Position numbers and translations under genes: made by a program | In this document: positions 59,208 through 64,000 of the stretch, in pieces | Layout of the letters: every line of letters begins with the position of its first letter | How positions within the stretch are numbered: the stretch's first letter is position 1 | From: Phoronis australis | Lineage: Eukaryota > Animalia > Phoronida | Assembly: GCA_002633005.1 (NCBI GenBank) | Contig: NMRA01000645.1 | Span: 62,001 to 126,000, forward strand | Length of the DNA: 64,000 nt | Direction of reading: 5' to 3' | The notes under the pieces: generated by a model | Databases searched by the model: none | Seen by the model: the letters and a program-made list of their open reading frames with translations, nothing else | Told to the model about the DNA's origin: nothing

Positions 59208-62200
59208 GTATTACAAATTATTGTCCCGCATGATGCATTATTTCAAAATATAATACTTGAACACTTTGTTGCTTTATTTTCATCCCATGTTTGCAAACTT
59301 CATACCTCCATGCTGTTTGCTGCACTGAGTTTCTGACTGCACTGCACTAGATAAAACATGTATTCGAAAAAATCAGGCAAGAGAAATGTGGCAGTTAATT
59401 TCCCAACTCTCCCAATCCGTTTTAGGTTGGAAGCTCTCGGATATTGAAGAATTCTCATAACTCACAGAAAGGAAACATATTCTTCCTATTTTGATGAAAT
59501 TCCCTCCGACCTCCAACTAATTCTCCCAGTGTTTTTGAAATGTAATTGGCTGCTTACTGAGGATGAGTAGTGACCGAATGGACACAGTGCCTTACTGGAT
59601 TAATTTTGGTCACTGAGCGTCTGGGCACTACAGCTCAAACAATACCGCAGTACAGCATGGCACTATTAATCCACAATTTTGTATATTTATTCACTAAAGA
59701 CTACCGAAATCTGAGGGCAACAGAACCTTTGTTGAGAAAATCTACTTATAGTAATACGCATTTCCATTTCACCTATTCAAAAAGCATGTACAAATTATAT
59801 TTTCCCACGCAAATATGTGTACGGACTATTTTTCCCTCAGAAACCTACTGTATGAACTATTAGAGAGAGAGACACCGTGTTTCAAGGGAGGTGTACGGAC
59901 TATTAGAATATACAAACTGTTAGAGAAATCAAGGTAGGTCTCACTGAAACTGACAGGCCAAAGCCATTAGATGATTTCACCTGTTAGGTAGACTAATGCT
60001 CTTAAATTAATTAGAATCAAGGCTTCGATAAAGCCAATGCTACTGATGAAGCCATTTGTAGGGCTGCGTAACCCAAACTAGAGCATTCGTATATTTGTTC
60101 AGTATATTTTATGAAATTTTTCATCAACAAAGCAATTTCAGAATATGGAATGGAAAGTCAACTACGCACAAATCAAATAAACTAATTTTAGCAAATGTAA
60201 CTTTGGTAACTGATTGAGTGAACACTTCCTCTCTGATAAAAATGTACTCTCTGTAATGAATTCTTTCTAGAGATTAACATCGTGATTTTTTTAATTCACG
60301 TATATCCGACAGTCATGGAAAAGTCCGATTTGCAATGACTGCATAATGCTAAAATTCAGTCTCCTTACTCCTGTGCAGACCTGTTGATGAAAACCTGAAC
60401 ACATACCATGTACTGTCTCAGGTAAGCGAGTATCATATGTTTTTCCGAGCTATAAATTTGCATGACTCGAATGCTTTCAAGGAAGACTCAATCTCACAGC
60501 TTTTAGATGGGTGCTAAGCCAGGCATGGGATTTTAAAAGCATTAATTTGTAAATTTCAGAGGAAGATGTTAAGCCAATCAAGGGCGTAAACCTGAACGAG
60601 TTTCGTAATGCAACACAACAAGGCAAATGATTGTAAAGTAACATGATTAGCCAACGACATGTTTCATAAATTTGTTTAATTAATCTGCTTTATTGAAAAG
60701 CCGGCTCCCTACAATTTAATAATATAAATAAAACATAAGTTCAACTCATTTAGTACAAAATAGAAAATTTTTTAAGTGACAGATTTTTTAGTCAGTCACA
60801 ATCCCTACAGAATATTACTCATATTGTAAAAAAGAAATTTTTAGACCATAAAAATTTCTCTCTTGGAGACTGACTCAGAGTGCTTATCAATATAATGGCG
60901 TTTAATCTAATTTAATCTTAATCAGGAGAGAAGCTGGGAAAACAAGCTCACTATGATATTGGGGTTATTGCCATGTTTAGTATCTTCTAGAGAACTGCCA
61001 CACTGATTCTGAGTAATGGCTATAAACACCATGACAGGGTTCAAGATAAAGTAAACATTTAATTTGCCATTTACTATATTAATCATTATATAATAAAAAT
61101 GTACTGTCAACAATAAAGATCATGTGGTTTGCTGGTATGGATTTCTGGATTATGACTAAGCTTCAAAGTCCGCAGGAATTTTTCTTGGGGAGATTCCTGA
61201 CTGTTACCACTGGCTGAAAAACTCAACAATATCAATCAAAGATGACGTAAAAATTCCCCTTAAGATTCGCTAAGATTTTGTGTTTGACTGCCCTTCATGA
61301 AACAACTGAAGGTATGCATGAATAGATTTGAACACTGAAATAAATATGTTCACACTGGATTAGCCTTGGGAATAATGGGAACACTATTACCTGGTAACAT
61401 CACGGTGGACATAAAGTAACTGTTATCTATGTACGTCAGTAGCGGTAAAAAGTTAGTTATGACTTATTGATCACTGTACCGTTACCATGATACTCCATCA
61501 AATTTGACGCCTTTGAGTAAATATTTTCGCAAACCGCAACCAGCAAGGAAAACACTGATAACAAATGTGAGAGCAGGTAACTGGCTAAGCACACTTAGCA
61601 ATGTTGTAAAACCAATATTGGGGCTATCCTGATAAAACATGTTTTCATTGAATCACAAACACACATTAACAGGTACAACAGTCAAATAAAAGTACAGGAA
61701 TGGACCTTGTCTTGAAAATCATGTCCACCACGTGTTTGTACATGGAGGTTCTAAGAAAAGGAGGCAGGGCAAGGGCAGTGGCCCCCCTATTGGTATAAAC
61801 AATTAAAAGAAACCAGCATGTTGTTTTAGGGTTTTCTGAAGCAGTTTTCCTTTGGAAATTGTGGTCGTCCCCTCCCCCTCACATCATAGCACTGCCAACA
61901 CTCTTAATATTGGTTGGTATTATCACATTTTGTCCCTGCCAATCTATGCCCAGGAGGTATTTGACGTCAGTACAACACAGGCATTTTTGGTTAGGTTGCA
62001 ATGTCACACTACAGACATAAAATCACGTAATCCTGATATTAATTTCCTATCTGTGAGACACACTCCAGTTTCGATATCTAATAATTATCATTTTCAATGA
62101 ATTAACAACCAAATCACAACCAACATGCTGACTTGATTCCCATGTTCATAAATGTGATCACTCGTGCTCGGTAATAGTCCCCTAGTTCAGAAATAATCAG

Positions 62201-64000
62201 TAAGTATAACACCATGTTTGTTTAAAAGAACAATGCAACTTGCACTACCATAAACAGTGCTACAATATTTTTATAAAATGCCCATTCATTGCCACCAAGA
62301 TACAAAACAAGAGAGCATAGAATCCCATAACAGCAAGGTATTTGCAAGACATTTGTTGCAAGAAATCTTTAGTAGTTATGGACGGAAACCTTAAATTTTC
62401 TCATATAAGTCAATATTCCAACCTTGTCAAATAATCACCACTGTGACCGACTCACAATTTTGTATGGTCCTACATGATTTCACTTTTCTGGTAAGAAACC
62501 CGGCCTGTTTTATGTGCTCGTTCTGAAATAACGCGCACTGTGACTCCAATCTAATGCTAAAGTATTTACCCACAATGCAACATATGATAAGCATTTATCG
62601 GACATCTCCATGTGGAAATGCATCAGTCACTATCTCATATGCAATTCATCATTGTAATGCAGGCAAAACTTGTATTATTGTATTTTGATTTGAAATAAGC
62701 AAAAAAAAGGCGCAGGTATTAGTAAAGTCCACATAATTTAAAATCTATGAGGGTTCAGTCTTAGGGGCATTTAATAATGCATGGTTTGTCCACACTATGA
62801 TTTACCTTTGAACATTAGTTACGGTAGATCTTTATTTATTTCGCACAATTGTCATTTTTCTGTTTTTCAAAGCCCAGTTTTTATTTTAAGGGAAATTTTA
62901 ACAAATAAAAACACACATGTCAGAGCCATATTATGAGTTAAATAGATGGAGTACTTTTCAGGTTATGCTAGGCTAAGTAGTAATAATTTGTGATAATTTC
63001 AACCCTAAATTATTGTTGTACAGTAACCTGCAGTCAAGGCAAAAGTAATTACCACTCATGCCTTTGCTCAGTAACATACATACAGGTGTATAATCCATTA
63101 TGAGCCATATTTGTCATAAGGTGTAGGGTGTGGGGGCAAGTTTCGCTTGTGCAAGATGTTCTTGGGAAACTCCTAGCATGGACCTGATTAATGACAAAAG
63201 TATGTACTAGAACTGCAAAAATTTTCTGGAGATTCCAATGCAATATTAGTTGCAAATGAGGTTTTTGTGCCACATCAAAGTCCATTAATAGATACAGTTT
63301 GATCACTGTGTATGTCAGCTTACACTGTGTCAGTTTTCTTTGAGCCAGTTTGCTCCACTCAACAGTTAAGTGTAAATGGCACATTGGTGGCTATAGTTCA
63401 ATATTGCAGGACTCTTGATCACAAGGAGATCAGCTGATCAGCCTTGCTCCAACTCAGCTATTGGACAAAATAATTGATCTGGCATTGTTCAAGGCAGACA
63501 TTCTTACCAATGCACTTAAATTTTTGAATACAGCAACATGTGTTGGAAAGAAAAAGAATACTTGTTTCCGTTACATAATCTTTATTTGACATAAATATGT
63601 TATGTTTATTTAATGGTTCTATTTGGTTTGTCTGAGTAGGGTCTTGAGTCACAAGTATCACATAGAAATTGTACAGGATATTGTTAGCTTACAAATCAGC
63701 ATTTGTAATGAAGACCAATCAGCCCTCATGTAAGGCCAGTTTGAAAATATGAACTCCTTCAATTTGGTACACAATAAGGTAGAAAAGAGGATTTCATTTC
63801 GTGAAAGTCCTCGCTAAACATAAATGAAACAAAGCCTTAACTATTATTATTGTTAACATGCAAAAGATTCTCACCTGATAAAACATGCTATAATACTTTC
63901 AAAGTTTGCAGCAATAATGAAAGGCTTTGAAAACCAGAACTGTTTGTTTTGCCTGCAAGATATTGTATAATTGAAGCAAATGTACTGTACTTATGTGTTA

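Overview
AT-rich, intron-rich eukaryotic DNA, most likely from an invertebrate animal; the taxon cannot be fixed from sequence alone. Four protein-coding loci can be reconstructed by hand from GT-AG splice sites and reading-frame phase. (1) The 3' nine coding exons of a PPEF/rdgC-family Ser/Thr phosphatase with EF-hands (+, 2961-14826; the N-terminal IQ exons were not found and probably lie before the window). (2) A small mitochondrial Tim8/TIMM8A-like chaperone (-, 21735-22455). (3) A two-exon, ~495-aa type I membrane protein with four Ig-like domains (+, 28328-32384), with a decayed Tc1/mariner (maT/DD37D-like) element in its intron. (4) Seven coding exons of a PRKX-type cAMP-dependent kinase (-, 36288-45155; its first exon was not found in the remaining ~18.8 kb). 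Introns and intergenic DNA carry several MITE/foldback-like inverted-repeat elements, tandem repeats and assembly Ns. No prokaryotic-type system, CRISPR array or RNA gene is supported. The most novel-looking items are the orphan Ig receptor, the ATG-only first exon and competing donor of TIMM8, and a nested ~900-bp palindrome.
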